A DNA stretch of 64,000 nt, taken from the NCBI RefSeq assembly GCF_009914755.1, contig NC_060942.1. The stretch is one strand, 5' to 3'. The stretch's first letter is position 1. Each line of letters starts with the position of its first letter. Position numbers and translations under genes: made by a program. The DNA comes from the human T2T-CHM13v2.0 reference genome, Homo sapiens. A model generated the notes under the pieces. It was not told the DNA's origin, made no database searches, and worked only from the letters and a program-made list of their open reading frames with translations. This document shows, piece after piece, positions 31,229 to 43,488 of this stretch.

Positions 31229-32023
31229 TATATCCTCTTCAGAGAAGTGTCTGTTGAAGTCCCTTGCTCATTTTTAAATGAGGTGACTTGTTTTACTGTT
31301 GAGTGGTGGTTGTCTATATATTCCAGATATTAACCCCTTATCAGATATATGATTTGCAGATATTTTCTCACATTCCACAGGTTACCTTTTCCCTGCACAG
31401 AAGGGAAAGGTTGATTGTGTCCTTCGATGCACAGAAGTTTCTAAGCCTGATGTCGTCTTAGTTTTACTTTTGTTGCCCGTGTCTTTGGTGTCATATCCAA
31501 TAAATCACTGCTAAATCCAATGTCATAAATTTTTCCCGTTTTCTTCTAGAAATTGTATACCTTTATTTCTTGTTTAGTCTTTAATCCACTGAGTTTTCAC
31601 ATAAGGTGTCAGATAAGGGTCTTGGGGGCCACATGTTGGCCTGTGCAACAGTTAAAGGGCCCCAAGCATAGTCACATACGTGCAGATGATGTTCACACAC
31701 AGATACCCAGGCCCAGGAGATCTTGGACTCCCCAAGGCCATATTCTATTCCTACAACTGCTGTCCTTCCCCTTAACCTCCTTTTGTTCTGGCCTTGCTAG
31801 CACAGACCCTTGCATGCTAATCAAATGACACAGTTGAGTTTGGAGGAAACATACATCAGTGAGGAAAAGTGACCACAGAATCCTTCCAGGTTTCACCAAA
31901 ACCACCCGTGACGTAGATAAAACTAGAATTCTGGGGACTGGGATTCCTCCTTTTCCCCTGAGCCACTACGTAAAGGTGACTGCATTACAGTCCCATACCT
32001 CTTATCTGTGGCCCCAGTATCCA

Positions 32024-32364
<341 letters not shown>

Positions 32365-33056
32365 TAACCTGATTTGGCACGAGACGACCCATGATCCTTT
32401 TCGTCCTGCTTGTATTTTGCTGCAGGAATATCAGTTTGATGAGGGTGTTGCCCCAGGCCCCAAGTGGAATATGCACACGTCACTTTCCTAAAATCAGAAC
32501 AATTCAGAGTTCTGAAACACACGAAACACAGCTGTTTCTAAGATTCTTGACTAAGAGGTTGTGGCTTATGCTATTTTTCCTGACTGTGGCCTCACTTTCT
32601 TCCCAATAAATGTTTCAATCTGTTGATACTAATGTTTTTTCTCATGATACTTGTAAGATAACTGATTTTAACAAAAGGTGGCACACCTATTAAAGACATG
32701 GTTAAGTTTCATTGGCTGTATAGCATCTCTAATTGGAAGACTACATGGCATCTATCCAGGTTGGAGTTGTAATCACCTAGGGATGTCTACATCTGTCTAC
32801 CTAGATCAGTCTGTCAGTTCCATCGAGGTCTGTATTTCAAAGTCCATACATAACACACGGTTCTTCCCATTTTACAGAATTATTTTTTCAAACCAAAGTT
32901 CACATACTGCTGGTGGGAACAGGTTCAAATAGGGAATGCTGATACATATCAACAACCTTTGAGACAAACCTGTTCACACAGTGAGTGTGGAGCCCTTGGC
33001 CCCCCTACTTTCTCTCTCGCAGGCCCCGACATCACCCTGGGCTTGCGCTGTTGGTA

Positions 33057-33420
33057 GTGTTCAAAGGAAAACTTTAGAAACATTAAATTTTACAGAGTTT
33101 AATTGAGCAAAGAATGATTCAGGAATCAGGGAACCCCTCAAACCAGAATAGGCTCAGAGAGACTCCAGTGCCACTGTGTGGCCAAAGACTTACGGACAGA
33201 AAAGGGAGTGAGGCACAGAAGGCAGAGGTGAGGCCTGCAAACAGCAGGGTGGCTACAGCTCGTGTCTGGCTTATTGAAACAGAGTTTGAAGTGCTGCTGC
33301 CTGTGACTGATTCAAGAGTAGGTTACAGTGTCCACACATCCAATTAGATGACTGTTCACTACGTATGGAGAAACCTATAGGCTAAACTTACAGTATGTAA
33401 GGAGGCGGCTTCAGGCTACA
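33057..33420 (-). mobile_element. ERV1 LTR (MER51-like), partial
   Basis: Resembles remembered MER51-type sequence (AAATTTTACAGAGTTTAATTGAGCAAAGAATGATTC). Family tentative. Confidence 0.6.
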
Positions 33421-33666
33421 GCTGAGTAGTGTGTCCTTACAGTTGGAACCAGGAGTTCATGGGAATTCTTCATCATCCAGTGGTCTGTAAATGTTGCCCA
33501 TGCTGAGTAGTCTGTCCTTACAGTGTGAACCAGGGGTTCATGGGAATTCTTCACCATCCAGTAGTCTGTAAATGTTGCCCATGCTGAGTAGTGTGTCCTT
33601 ACGGTGTGAACCAGGGGTTCATGGGAATTCTTCACCATCCAGTGGTCTGTAAATGTTGCCCATGCT
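33421..33666. repeat. 81-bp tandem repeat x3
   Basis: Units start at 33421, 33502 and 33583 (GCTGAGTAGTGTGTCCTTAC...AATGTTGCCCAT). Confidence 0.95.
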
Positions 33667-33957
33667 TTAGTTTTGTTACCTGGTTGCTCTGTTTTTATGG
33701 GATTGTGAGAAACTGAAAAACTGTGACTGCTGGAGCCATTTTCCCACAATCCCCATTTTTTAAAAATCCCATAAAGGCTCTCTCGTGAGCGCCGCACGTT
33801 TTCCCTTGTAGTCACGAGGGTAGGGGCTGGAGAAAGCAGCAGAGATAGTCAAAAACCCACAGCTACAAAAAATGCACTCCTAAGAGCAAGTAATGGCGAG
33901 GGCTAAAAGGCACTGTGCCCCTTCTGGGCCATTCTAATTACCACATTTAAATGGTTT

Positions 33958-34393
33958 TGAGAAAAGAGAATTTTTATCTGAGGAACGCGAGTTCTTTTAA
34001 TTATCAGGCCGAGAGAGACATTCAAATGAGGCGACAATCGCGCCCTACTACCCCTTGACCTGTGTTCACCTCTTTAAACTGCTACTGGTGGCAACAGCGC
34101 CACAAACAGCTATAAATTAACCTAATGACGCCACAATGGACACTATACCCACACTCAATAGCTGAACAACATATAGTCAGTCACTAATCAATGTTATTTC
34201 TGTAAACCAGTGAGAATTCCTCACAAACAAGTTCCTATTAGTCCACTCCCTGGCCCCCTTTTTTGCCTTTAAAATCCACTGTTAACTGCTAATCGGAGTA
34301 CACATTCAGGGCGCCTTGAATTTGTGCTCAAGTGTGGCCCAAATAAACTCTCTACTTAGAGAAACTGTGTCTCCGCTCGTTTTCAGGCCGACA
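33958..34393 (+). mobile_element. ERV1-type solo LTR about 1.2 kb upstream of the CTDP1 start
   Basis: TG...CA termini, 436 bp, AATAAA at ~34342, perfect 4-bp TSD GTTT. Confidence 0.8.
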
Positions 34394-34594
34394 GTTTCCA
34401 AAATGTTAGTATTCAGCCTAACATGAGAAAAGTCACCATATAAAAGTGAGGGGGGAAAAGCAAATACAGGATAATCTCAATTGTACATAAAATTTATATA
34501 CGTAAGGACAAAGATACATAGTAAAAAAAAAATTCTGGCAGGTATTAAGGCTGAAAAAATTAAAACAGTCCAGAGCGGTCTGGCTCAGGCCAGC

Positions 34595-34792
34595 CTGGGC
34601 CTGCCGAGTAGCTGGGACCTCAGCCACCGCGCCTGGCTAAGTATTAATGAATCTGTTTTAGAGATAGGGTCTTGCTACGTTGCGCAGGCTGGTCTCCAAC
34701 TCCCAGGCTCAGGTGATCCGCCCGCCACAGCCTCCCGAAGTGCTGAGCCTCCCGAAGTGCTGAGACTACAGGCCTGGCCGCCCGCCCGCCAG
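34595..34792 (-). mobile_element. Partial old Alu at the CpG-island edge, with a 17-bp internal duplication
   Basis: GAGTAGCTGGGAC...CAGGCTGGTCTCCAACTCC...GCCTCCCGAAGTGCTGA x2. Confidence 0.8.
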
Positions 34793-35152
34793 CTTAATTC
34801 ACGTAAATTCCAGACAAACGTAGAAAGTGGCTCCTTTAGTAAGCCACTTGCGGCTGCTGCTCATCAGGGTTCGCCTGGGGCCACTGAGACCACGCGCCGG
34901 TGCCCGCCCTCCCGCTGCGGTCCGATTTTCTGAACCAACCAGGCGCTTCCGGGCGCCTTGCCCCAGACGGGCCCACCGCCTGCGCGGGCCGAGGGCGGCG
35001 CACCTGCCCCTGCGCTTCCGCATCGAAGGTGAGGTCGGAGGAAGAGAAGACCGCAGCCCCCAAGCTCCCGCGGCGTGGGGTCCGGGGGGGGACACGAGGC
35101 GGGGCCACCAGGACGCCGACAGCCTCACGTCTCTGGGCCCGCGGCGCGCAAG

Positions 35153-35363
35153 GCATGCCGGGACCCGTAGTCCCGCGACGTTGCGACTCACAGTGCGCGA
35201 TGGGAGTGGAGGAGAGCGGCTCGCGGTGCATGCCGGAACTCGTAGTCTCGGGATGCTGGGTCTCAGCGCGTGATGGGGTAATGGCACGCAGGCCTGCGTT
35301 GAACGCTGGGACTCGTAGTCCCGCCATGCCCTGTCCGCGGTGCACGCCGGGATACGTAGTTCC
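35153..35363 (-). promoter_or_regulatory. Cluster of four ZNF143/THAP11-type (SBS/ACTACA) motifs
   Basis: GCATGCCGGGACCCGTAGTCC (35153), GCATGCCGGAACTCGTAGTCT (35228), GAACGCTGGGACTCGTAGTCC (35301), GCACGCCGGGATACGTAGTTC (35342). Each is the reverse complement of ACTACnnnTCCCnnnnTGC. Confidence 0.75.
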
Positions 35364-35576
35364 GAGCGCGCCAAGACCGTCACTGGGACTGGGCGACAGC
35401 GGCCCGCGTTGCATGCCGCTGCTCCACGGTGCCGGCGCTCCGAGGAAAAGTAGGTAGGGCTCAGGAACGCAGTTCTTCACGGCCGGCACGCAGGGTTGGT
35501 CCCAGGACGGAGCCGGCTCCGGCCCCGCGCGGCGCTCGTATTTACACGCGCACGTACGCACGTACGCGGCGCCCTT

Positions 35577-35604
35577 GCGTGACGTCACGCGCCCTCCAGG
35601 AAGT
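35577..35604. promoter_or_regulatory. Full CRE palindrome plus ETS site
   Basis: TGACGTCA at 35580-35587 inside the 14-bp perfect palindrome GCGTGACGTCACGC. CAGGAAGT at 35597-35604. Confidence 0.75.
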
Positions 35605-35745
35605 CGGCGCGGGCTAGGCGACGGGTGGAAGCCGGTACCGATAGGAACTACAGCGTCGCCGCCTGGGTTGTGTCGCCGCGGTAGGCGCTGCGCTCTGAGC
35701 GCAGCGCAGGCCCCGTACCGACCGCCCGCCCGCCCTCTGTCCGCG

Positions 35746-36059
35746 ATGGAGGTGCCGGCCGCGGGTCGCGTTCCTGCCGAGGGCGCCCCGACGGCGGCTG
35801 TGGCCGAGGTGCGCTGCCCGGGGCCCGCGCCGCTGCGCCTGCTGGAGTGGAGGGTGGCGGCGGGCGCGGCCGTGCGCATCGGCTCGGTGCTGGCCGTGTT
35901 CGAGGCCGCCGCCTCCGCGCAGTCCGCCGGGGCCTCTCAGTCCCGTGTAGCCTCCGGGGGCTGCGTGCGCCCCGCGCGGCCGGAACGCAGGCTGAGGTCG
36001 GAGCGCGCGGGCGTGGTGCGGGAGCTGTGCGCGCAGCCGGGCCAGGTGGTCGCCCCAGG
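35746..36059 (+). CDS. CTDP1: CTDP1/FCP1 coding exon 1 (codons 1-105; biotinyl/lipoyl-like N-terminal domain)
   Basis: ATG in good Kozak context (gcgATGG) inside the CpG island. Translates MEVPAAGRVPAEGAP...GQVVAPG, the human CTDP1 N-terminus. Ends at donor GG|GTGAGT (GT at 36060), phase 2. Confidence 0.97.
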
Positions 36060-38323
36060 GTGAGTGTGCTGAGCCGGGCGGGGCCGAGGGCGGGCGGCTC
36101 CGGGGAGGGATCCTGGAGGACCCCCGGGCTGCTGCGTCCGCGGTGGGCAGGGGCGCCCCTGGTGAGGGAGCGATAAAGCGGGACGCAGGCACTGCGCTTC
36201 TCCCCTAAAACTGGATAGTCACCACCTGTGGTTTTACCAACGGGGAGCATTTTGAGATAAAAGGAAAGGGTCCTGCGTAGCGACACGAAGTTACTGTTTG
36301 GAAAAGCTATGTTTGTTTCTTTCTTTCTGCAGTGATAGTCCCCGCCCCTTCCTTTAGCTCCACCTTTGTGACTTAGGAAAACTCATGGGTGGCTGTGAGC
36401 ACAAGAGTCATCAGGCAGGCTCCAGACCTGTTATTGAAATATAAACTGTTGGGTGTGTGCACATCTTTAAATTTTTGTAAACTTTGTGAAACGCAGTTGT
36501 AAAACCTGGTGCAGTTCTGTTTCGTGGCTAAGGAACGGGCGGAACCCAGGCCTGCAGCGAAGGCAGTAGCCCCGTGGTTGACCACAGTGGGCATTGTCGC
36601 AGGCTGCTTCAGGGTGACGTGGGCGTTGTGACAGACTCCACAGCTCTCAGTAGCTGTGCTCTGACCCCAGAAGGGGATATGTTTCCGTAGCACCGAAGTG
36701 TCCAGCCATGTTTGAATCTACCCTTGTGTTCTGGGATGGGCGGGCAAGTGGACACGCGTGTGCGCCTGGCTCTGGTAGTTTTGATTGTGAGAACAGAAAC
36801 TCCAGGGAGAGGTGGACACTCCAGCCCGCAGTGGGCCGGGCGTGAGCTCCCTCTGGGAAAGGTGCCGCTCCTTCTGGGGATGCCACTCTCTTCCCTCCTC
36901 GGCAGCCGCGGCTCCTCGTCCCTTTGGCTTGCCCTGACCCTGTGTTTGTTGAGGATCTTCTCTGCATCTGGTTCCGCAAGAGTGAGGACTGGGACAGGAG
37001 TCTTCCCGTCACAGCCCCAGAACGTCCTGGCTCCGCTTCCTTTGGAGACAGAGCCTGGGTCCTTGACCCTCGGCACGGGCACTCACTCCTGCCCCCTGCG
37101 TGCTGGTGGGTGGGGCTGGGAGGTTCAGGGCCTTGCCTCCCAGAAAATGCCTGCACGGCTTCCTCAGTGGGCACTGGCCGTACCTGGGAGGATTGTGGAG
37201 GCAGATCCCAATGCTGGTGTATTCCCTGGACAGAAAACCCCAGGATGGAAGATCCCTACTGAGGTTTCATTCTGTTCCTCTGATTGTACAGAAAGGGCTG
37301 CTTTGGCCTAGACAGGTGAGTAACTTGGTTATGTGGCAAGTTAGTATTGAAATTCCATGTTCAGTCAGTCTAGTGAATAAAACCAACCCAGTGCATCAGT
37401 CAGTCAGCCAGCCAGGTCATGAGCTTGATGACGGGTTCCCAGCAGTCAGTAGTGTTTACAGGGAGGTGCTGTTTGAGATCTTGGGGTACCTCACAGGGCC
37501 CTTTGAGACACTGATGTGATATCATTTCTCCTCAGATGGAGCGTCTGTGTGGCACCAGGTGTCCCTCTGGTTCCAGGAGGCTCATCTCTCTGCCTCCAGT
37601 CCATGGGCGGCAGGTAAATGCTTGCCTTAGAGAAAGCCACAGACGGTGCTGCCTGGAATTTGAGGTGGCTTCTTCCCCGTTTCTGTGTACTCCTGTGGGT
37701 TTGTGTACATGGGTTTTATGAGCGTTCTGGGGAGTGTGGTGGTGGTGGTGTGACGTCAGCATTTCCGGAGGTGTTCCTGCCCGTGCAGTGGGCGTGGGTG
37801 CCATAGATCCAGGAAGGAGCGACTGGAAGGGCTTTAGTCTAAAGCCCTGTGTGCATGTGCCCTGGCAGTTCTGGTCGTCTGTTTGGAATCAGGTTCCTGC
37901 CTCGCAGTTGCATTAGCCAGCTGAATTCGGGAGGTGCATTTGCAGCAGGAGTCCATGCTGCTGACGGTCGGCTCCGTGTGGTCCAGATGACACTGCCCTG
38001 GCTCTGGGGGGCTGCCGTTGGGAGCCGGTATGTGTTGGCCTCCCCAAAATGCCTGCTGCACCTTTGTGGAACACAGTTGAAAATTACTAGATTCAGTCAC
38101 TTGTTGACAGATTTTGTGAACAGGGTGGGTTACAAGTGCGTTTCTCTGGCAGCACCCCTGTGATGGGAGTAGCGCCCTGCAGTGTGGACTTGTGGTGGCT
38201 TTGCTGACGTCTCTCCATAGAGAGTTGCAGGTAGAAATCTCCGCAGCTTTTGCTTAAAGCCAACAGTGATGGATTTCTCCAGGACGTTGAGTTCCAGCTC
38301 AGCAGCTCTTTATACACAATTTA

Positions 38324-38588
38324 CAGCTAACCCTCGAACAACTTGCTTTGGTCTGCGAGGGCCACCTTTATGTAGATGTTTTTCAGTAAATCGTCTGCTG
38401 TTCGCATCCATGGGTTCCACGCCCAACACTGTTTGCTGGGTGTGGAGCCCAGCCTGTTTATACAGAGCGCTGACTTTCTGGATCAGTGGGTTCTCCAGGT
38501 TGACTGCGGGACCTGAGTATCTGTGGATGTGGAATTTGGTATCTGAAGGAGTCCTGCAGCCCGTCCCCCGTGAGAATGAGGGACTGAT
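38324..38588. mobile_element. MER8/Tigger2-derived MITE
   Basis: Starts TA|CAGCTAACCCTCGAACAAC and ends GTCCTGCAGCCCGTCCCCCGTGAGAATGAGGGACTG. Confidence 0.65.
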
Positions 38589-40286
38589 TAAATATGGAAG
38601 TCTTTCCATAATAGATTGTGCCGCTTTGTGATGAAGTAGAGAATATTGGGCATAATTCCATCCTGATGTTGGAAGGTGATAGGTGTGAGTTTAGTTCTCA
38701 TCCCTGCGACGCCTCTGGGACGTCGGTTGGTGAAGAGCATCTGCCTTCCTCTAGAGAGCCTGAGTCACTTTCACTTAAAAGGTTTTTCCTCTGTTTTTCT
38801 TTTTTTCTCTGATTGCTGGTGTGGTCATTTCCAGCAACAGCTCTGCGGTTCTCTTCTGCGGTGTCCCACCACTTGGAGGCTGGAAGGTGACGACATCAGG
38901 GAAGAGGAACTGCCTTCAACCGTCATTGACTCTGCTCACCAGCCCAGGTGTTTGATTTTTACTAAGCAAGTTCCCAGAATTGCACGTGGGCTGTTTTATA
39001 ATTGACTTATCTTGACCACCTCTAAAAGTTCTCTTGAAGTTACAGATTCCTGAGATCTTTATCTGGGAGAGCAAGCATTTGGTTGAAGTTTGCTTTAAAT
39101 GTTTATAGACTGATTATCGTGTATTGATCCTTAGAGTACCCCTTTCAGATTATGCAAATAACACGCACTTGTATAGACAAGCATGGGCAGAATCCACAAC
39201 TGCTTTTGTGGAGGCTCCAACCCTGGCTTCAGCTCATCTGCGTGTGAGGGCAGGGGAGGTGCAGAATCTGCTCCTGGGCTTGTGCTGAAAGGAGGTCCCT
39301 TTTAACAGGGACCTCCCAGCACCAATGGAACCCCGTGGCTCTTGGTGAGAGAGAGCAGGTCCTGCCCAGCTGATGGATCAGAAACTCAGGTGTCAGAAAC
39401 GGGGTTTCAGGGCGGCTGCCTGAGGAATGCGCAGGCGATCTGACGTTGGAATTCTGGCTTGGGCGAAGCCCTTGATGTGGCCACACAGTTTTGGTCCCTC
39501 AAGGGCTTACTGGTTGCCTGCGTGCCCTGGTGGCTCCTTGGTGAGGGGCCTTTGGAGAAAGTCTTGGGAAATCAGATTTCCCGAGGGTGTTGTTGAGGAC
39601 ATTGCTGACGAGGTGTGGGATTTACGGGGAGGACAGCCTGTCTCTTGAGGCTTGGTCGCTGTGTTCACCCTGCAGGTGTTATGAATTAGCTTCTGGCCCA
39701 GGACGGTTTTGGGACCGGGGGGTGCCTACCCATTGTTGTTCCTTTATCTTGATCCTTTCACAGGGCTTATAAAAATACTTATTTTTCAGGAATAACGGGA
39801 AGTATCTTTGAAAACATAGCATTAAATCTGCTGAACTGGAGCTTGCAGAGAGCAGACAGCGGCAGCAGCCTGAGTGTGCTAAGCTCAAGCGTCGCTTGTG
39901 TGCCATCACCTTAGTGAAGGTGGCTCTTGACCCCACTGGCCGCCGGCTGCTTGACAGTAACTTGTTTAGCTGAGACTGTGTTTGAGAAACTGAGAGGTGT
40001 GGATGTTGCTTGTACATGTGCAGCCAGCATGCTCACAGTGCCGAGGAGCAGAGTACGCGCTGCTCCAGAGCGTAGATTAGAATGTCAGTCTAAACAGTTC
40101 TTTATAGCATGGAATTTTAACAAAGAAAGAAGAATCCCACGTGGGTATGTGTGAGTGAGCCTTGTGTAGCTTAGTGTCGGTTACTGAGGCGGAGCACTGC
40201 GGAGAGAGGTAATGGAACCTGTGGCCCTGTGAAACCTCCCTCTATAAATAGCAGGTGTGAGTGAACCTGTGAAAAGCACCAGCACC

Positions 40287-40468
40287 AGCCAGGCAGGGTG
40301 GGTCCGTGCCCTCGTTGCCTGCATTGTTGTCACCAGGCAAGGTGGGTCCCTGCTCTTGTTACCTTCATTGTTGTCACCAGGCAAGGTGGGTCCGTGCCCT
40401 CGTTGCCTGCGTTGTTGTCACCAGGCAAGGTGGGTCCGTGCCCTCGTTGCCTGCATTGTTGTTACCAG
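40287..40468. repeat. 44-bp tandem repeat x4
   Basis: CACCAGGCAAGGTGGGTCCGTGCCCTCGTTGCCTGCATTGTTGT at 40331, 40375 and 40419, plus a degenerate first copy. Confidence 0.93.
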
Positions 40469-40690
40469 CAACATTTATCCTAACCACATCAGTGGTTATT
40501 TTTAGACAAAGAACCATTCTGGGAACTTAAAAACACTGCATTTGGGTGAAGTTACAATAGTCACTAGATTGTCGTTTTGATCTTTAATAAGATTGTATGT
40601 TTTTGTCGGGCTTCATCCTATCTGGCAGAAGTAAGAACCTCCTCACTCCATTGGAAAGAAACTGAGGTTCCAAGAAGTTTGGACCTGCCC

Positions 40691-41820
40691 TGCCCCTTAC
40701 AGGGTGTGAGGTCCTGGTGAGGAGGACGGTGCAGGGACCTCGTGGTCTCTACTCCCAGTTTCTCTGCGGTGCCCCTTACAGGGTGTGAGGTCCTGGTGAG
40801 GAGGACGGTGCAGGGACCTCGTGGTCTCTAGTCCCGGTTTCTCCGCGGTGCTCCTTACGGGGTGTGAGGTCCTGGTGAGGATCAGTGCAGGGACCTCGTG
40901 GTCTCTACTCCCGGTTTCTCTGCGGTGCCCCTTACGGGGTGTGAGGTCCTGGTGAGGATCAGTGCAGGGACCTCGTGGTCTCTACTCCCGGTTTCTCCGC
41001 GGTGCTCCTTACAGGGTGTGAGGTCCTGGTGAGGATCAGTGCAGGGACCTCGTGGTCTCTACTCCCAGTTTCTCTGCGGTGCTCCTTACGGGGTGTGAGG
41101 TCCTGGTGAGGATCAGTGCAGGGACCTCGTGGTCTCTACTCCCGGTTTCTCTGCGGTGCTCCTTACGGGGTGTGAGGTCCTGGTGAGGAGGACGGTGCAG
41201 GGACCTCGTGGTCTCTACTCCCGGTTTCTCTGCGGTGCCCCTTACGGGGTGTGAGGTCCTGGTGAGGATCAGTGCAGGGACCTCGTGGTCTCTACTCCCG
41301 GTTTCTCTGCGGTGCCCCTTACGGGGTGTGAGGTCCTGGTGAGGATCAGTGCAGGGACCTCGTGGTCTCTACTCCCGGTTTCTCCGCGGTGCTCCTTACA
41401 GGGTGTGAGGTCCTGGTGAGGATCAGTGCAGGGACCTCGTGGTCTCTACTCCCAGTTTCTCTGCGGTGCTCCTTACGGGGTGTGAGGTCCTGGTGAGGAT
41501 CAGTGCAGGGACCTCGTGGTCTCTACTCCCGGTTTCTCTGCGGTGCTCCTTACGGGGTGTGAGGTCCTGGTGAGGAGGACGGTGCAGGGACCTCGTGGTC
41601 TCTACTCCCGGTTTCTCTGCGGTGCCCCTTACGGGGTGTGAGGTCCTGGTGAGGATCAGTGCAGGGACCTCGTGGTCTCTACTCCCAGTTTCTCTGCGGT
41701 GCCCCTTACGGAGTGTGAGGTCCTGGTGAGGATCAGTGCAGGGACCTCGTGGTCTCTACTCCCGGTTTCTCTGCGGTGCCCCTTACAGGGTGTGAGGTCC
41801 TGGTGAGGAGGACGGTGCAG
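40691..41820. repeat. 77/79-bp VNTR, ~14.6 copies
   Basis: Units start at 40691, 40770, 40849, 40926 ... 41777. Confidence 0.97.
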
Positions 41821-43488
41821 ATGCCTCGTGGTGTGCTCAGGCCCTTGAGAGAGCCTCTGTCCTTGGTTCTCTGCGTGCTGCTCTCTGTAGACCAGGTTTC
41901 AGCCCTGGAGATTCCTAGTGTGGGGGGAGTAGCTAGAACAATAGTGTTTGTCTGCTTTTATAATATTTATGTGGAGTACAATTATTTTAATAGAAAATAT
42001 TCTGACAGGTCACCATCTTTCAGAAACTAAGTCTTTTTTTTCCTGCAGATTTCTTTGCTTTGGCTTTTTCCCAGTCACTCACAGGGAGGTATTTAAATCG
42101 CCACAGAAAGGGGAAGGTACCTAAAATGATCTGGGAGCCTGCGGTGACTGGTGAGAACTAACAGGCGGAGGCCGTGTGCGAGGGTTGATGACGTCTGACA
42201 GACTGTACCTGTGCCTTTAGCGTGTCCACAGGAAGGGCATCTGCATTCACCAGCGCAGGGTGTGAGAGTGCCACAGAGAAGCAGAAAAACATTGCTGAAT
42301 AAAATGAAGATCATTCCAACAGCAACGGTATTGCTGTCTTTATTGCTTTGTAGATTTTGGAATGAGAATCTCTGAGAAATAGTAATACAGTTAGAATAGG
42401 CTGCAACCTAAGATTAGTCCCCGAATTTATTGTTCTGTGATGAGGGAGTAGAAGCCTCTGAAATTCTAAATGTGCTTCAGTCAGTGCACGAACGTCGTCA
42501 CCTAAGGGTCCGGTCCTGGAAATAAGGACATTTCGTTTTCATCCTGGTACCAAGAATCTTGATGAATTGGTAATTCTTTTAGAATAGTTTTATTATTAAC
42601 AATTCTAATAATTATTTAGAATACTTTTATTCTTCCCTGTTGACGCCTGCACTATTTAAAGGATGATACTTTAAAAAAGATATTTGTGCCTAAAATTTGG
42701 GGGGCTGTCACTTTGTCAGCCCATTAAACGTGGGTAAGTTGCACTTCAAACGTTTTGCTTTGTTTTTCCCACTTTTCACCTAACAGAAAACCACTGGGCC
42801 TTGTTACTTGCTTGGTTTTGTTCGTCTGTGATTTACCTTTGTCATGGGTTTTTAGGTATCTCCGATCTAATCTTTTAGATAAAGGACTTTGAAGCACGTC
42901 TGCCTGGAAATGGTTTGTAGGTTTCAGAAATTTTGTGTGCATTATCAGATTTGTCTCCATTTTCATGGTTTCTTTAAAGTTAGTTTTAAAGTGGGTTATG
43001 TGAAATCATCTAGTATCTGGGTACAGAGGAATGGATGAATTCTCAGTTTTATGTGTGTTTTAAAAGTGCACAAATACAAAACGGAAAACAAGCGATGTAA
43101 GTTGTCTCAGAAAAAAGTGCTTTTTATATTTTCAGGAGAAAGAGAATGTAGAGAGAATGGAACTGATGAGTATGAAGAGATTCAGGTGATATTTCTTAAA
43201 GGATAAATGCACATTTTAAAGGTTATGAAGAGATGGTCTTGGTAGGTTTTTAAATATACATCTAGCATCATATGTGCAAAATTCCTTACAATGTTAAGAG
43301 GAACTTGAGCTAAAACTTAACTCATTTAATATTTGTAACATTTTTGAAGTAGCGTTTAAAAGACAGTAATTTCCCTACGGTGCTTTAAATGGTGAAGAAT
43401 GCTGGTGTCGTACGATTTTGATGCATTTTTTGTGCTGACTATAGACTGGCGGGAATGATGCAGTTAGCGAGTTGATACCCAGCATCAT

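Larger units (their letters stand above)
34590..36290. promoter_or_regulatory. CpG island / TATA-less, probably bidirectional promoter of CTDP1
   Basis: Very high GC and CpG density spanning exon 1. No TATA box seen. Confidence 0.93.

Noticed and set aside
35575-35745. In-frame N-terminal extension of CTDP1 from TTG/CTG codons
   Set aside because: No ATG, mediocre context, and an open frame is expected by chance at this GC content. Ribo-seq would be needed.
34799-36286. Overlapping 150-347 aa ORFs on both strands in the CpG island
   Set aside because: Stop-poor GC-rich DNA giving Arg/Pro/Gly/Ala-rich translations. Only the frame from ATG 35746 splices into a real protein.
36373-37519. Cluster of 100-200 aa ORFs at the start of intron 1
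   Set aside because: GC-rich intron with overlapping frames on both strands, no recognisable domain and no convincing exon boundaries.
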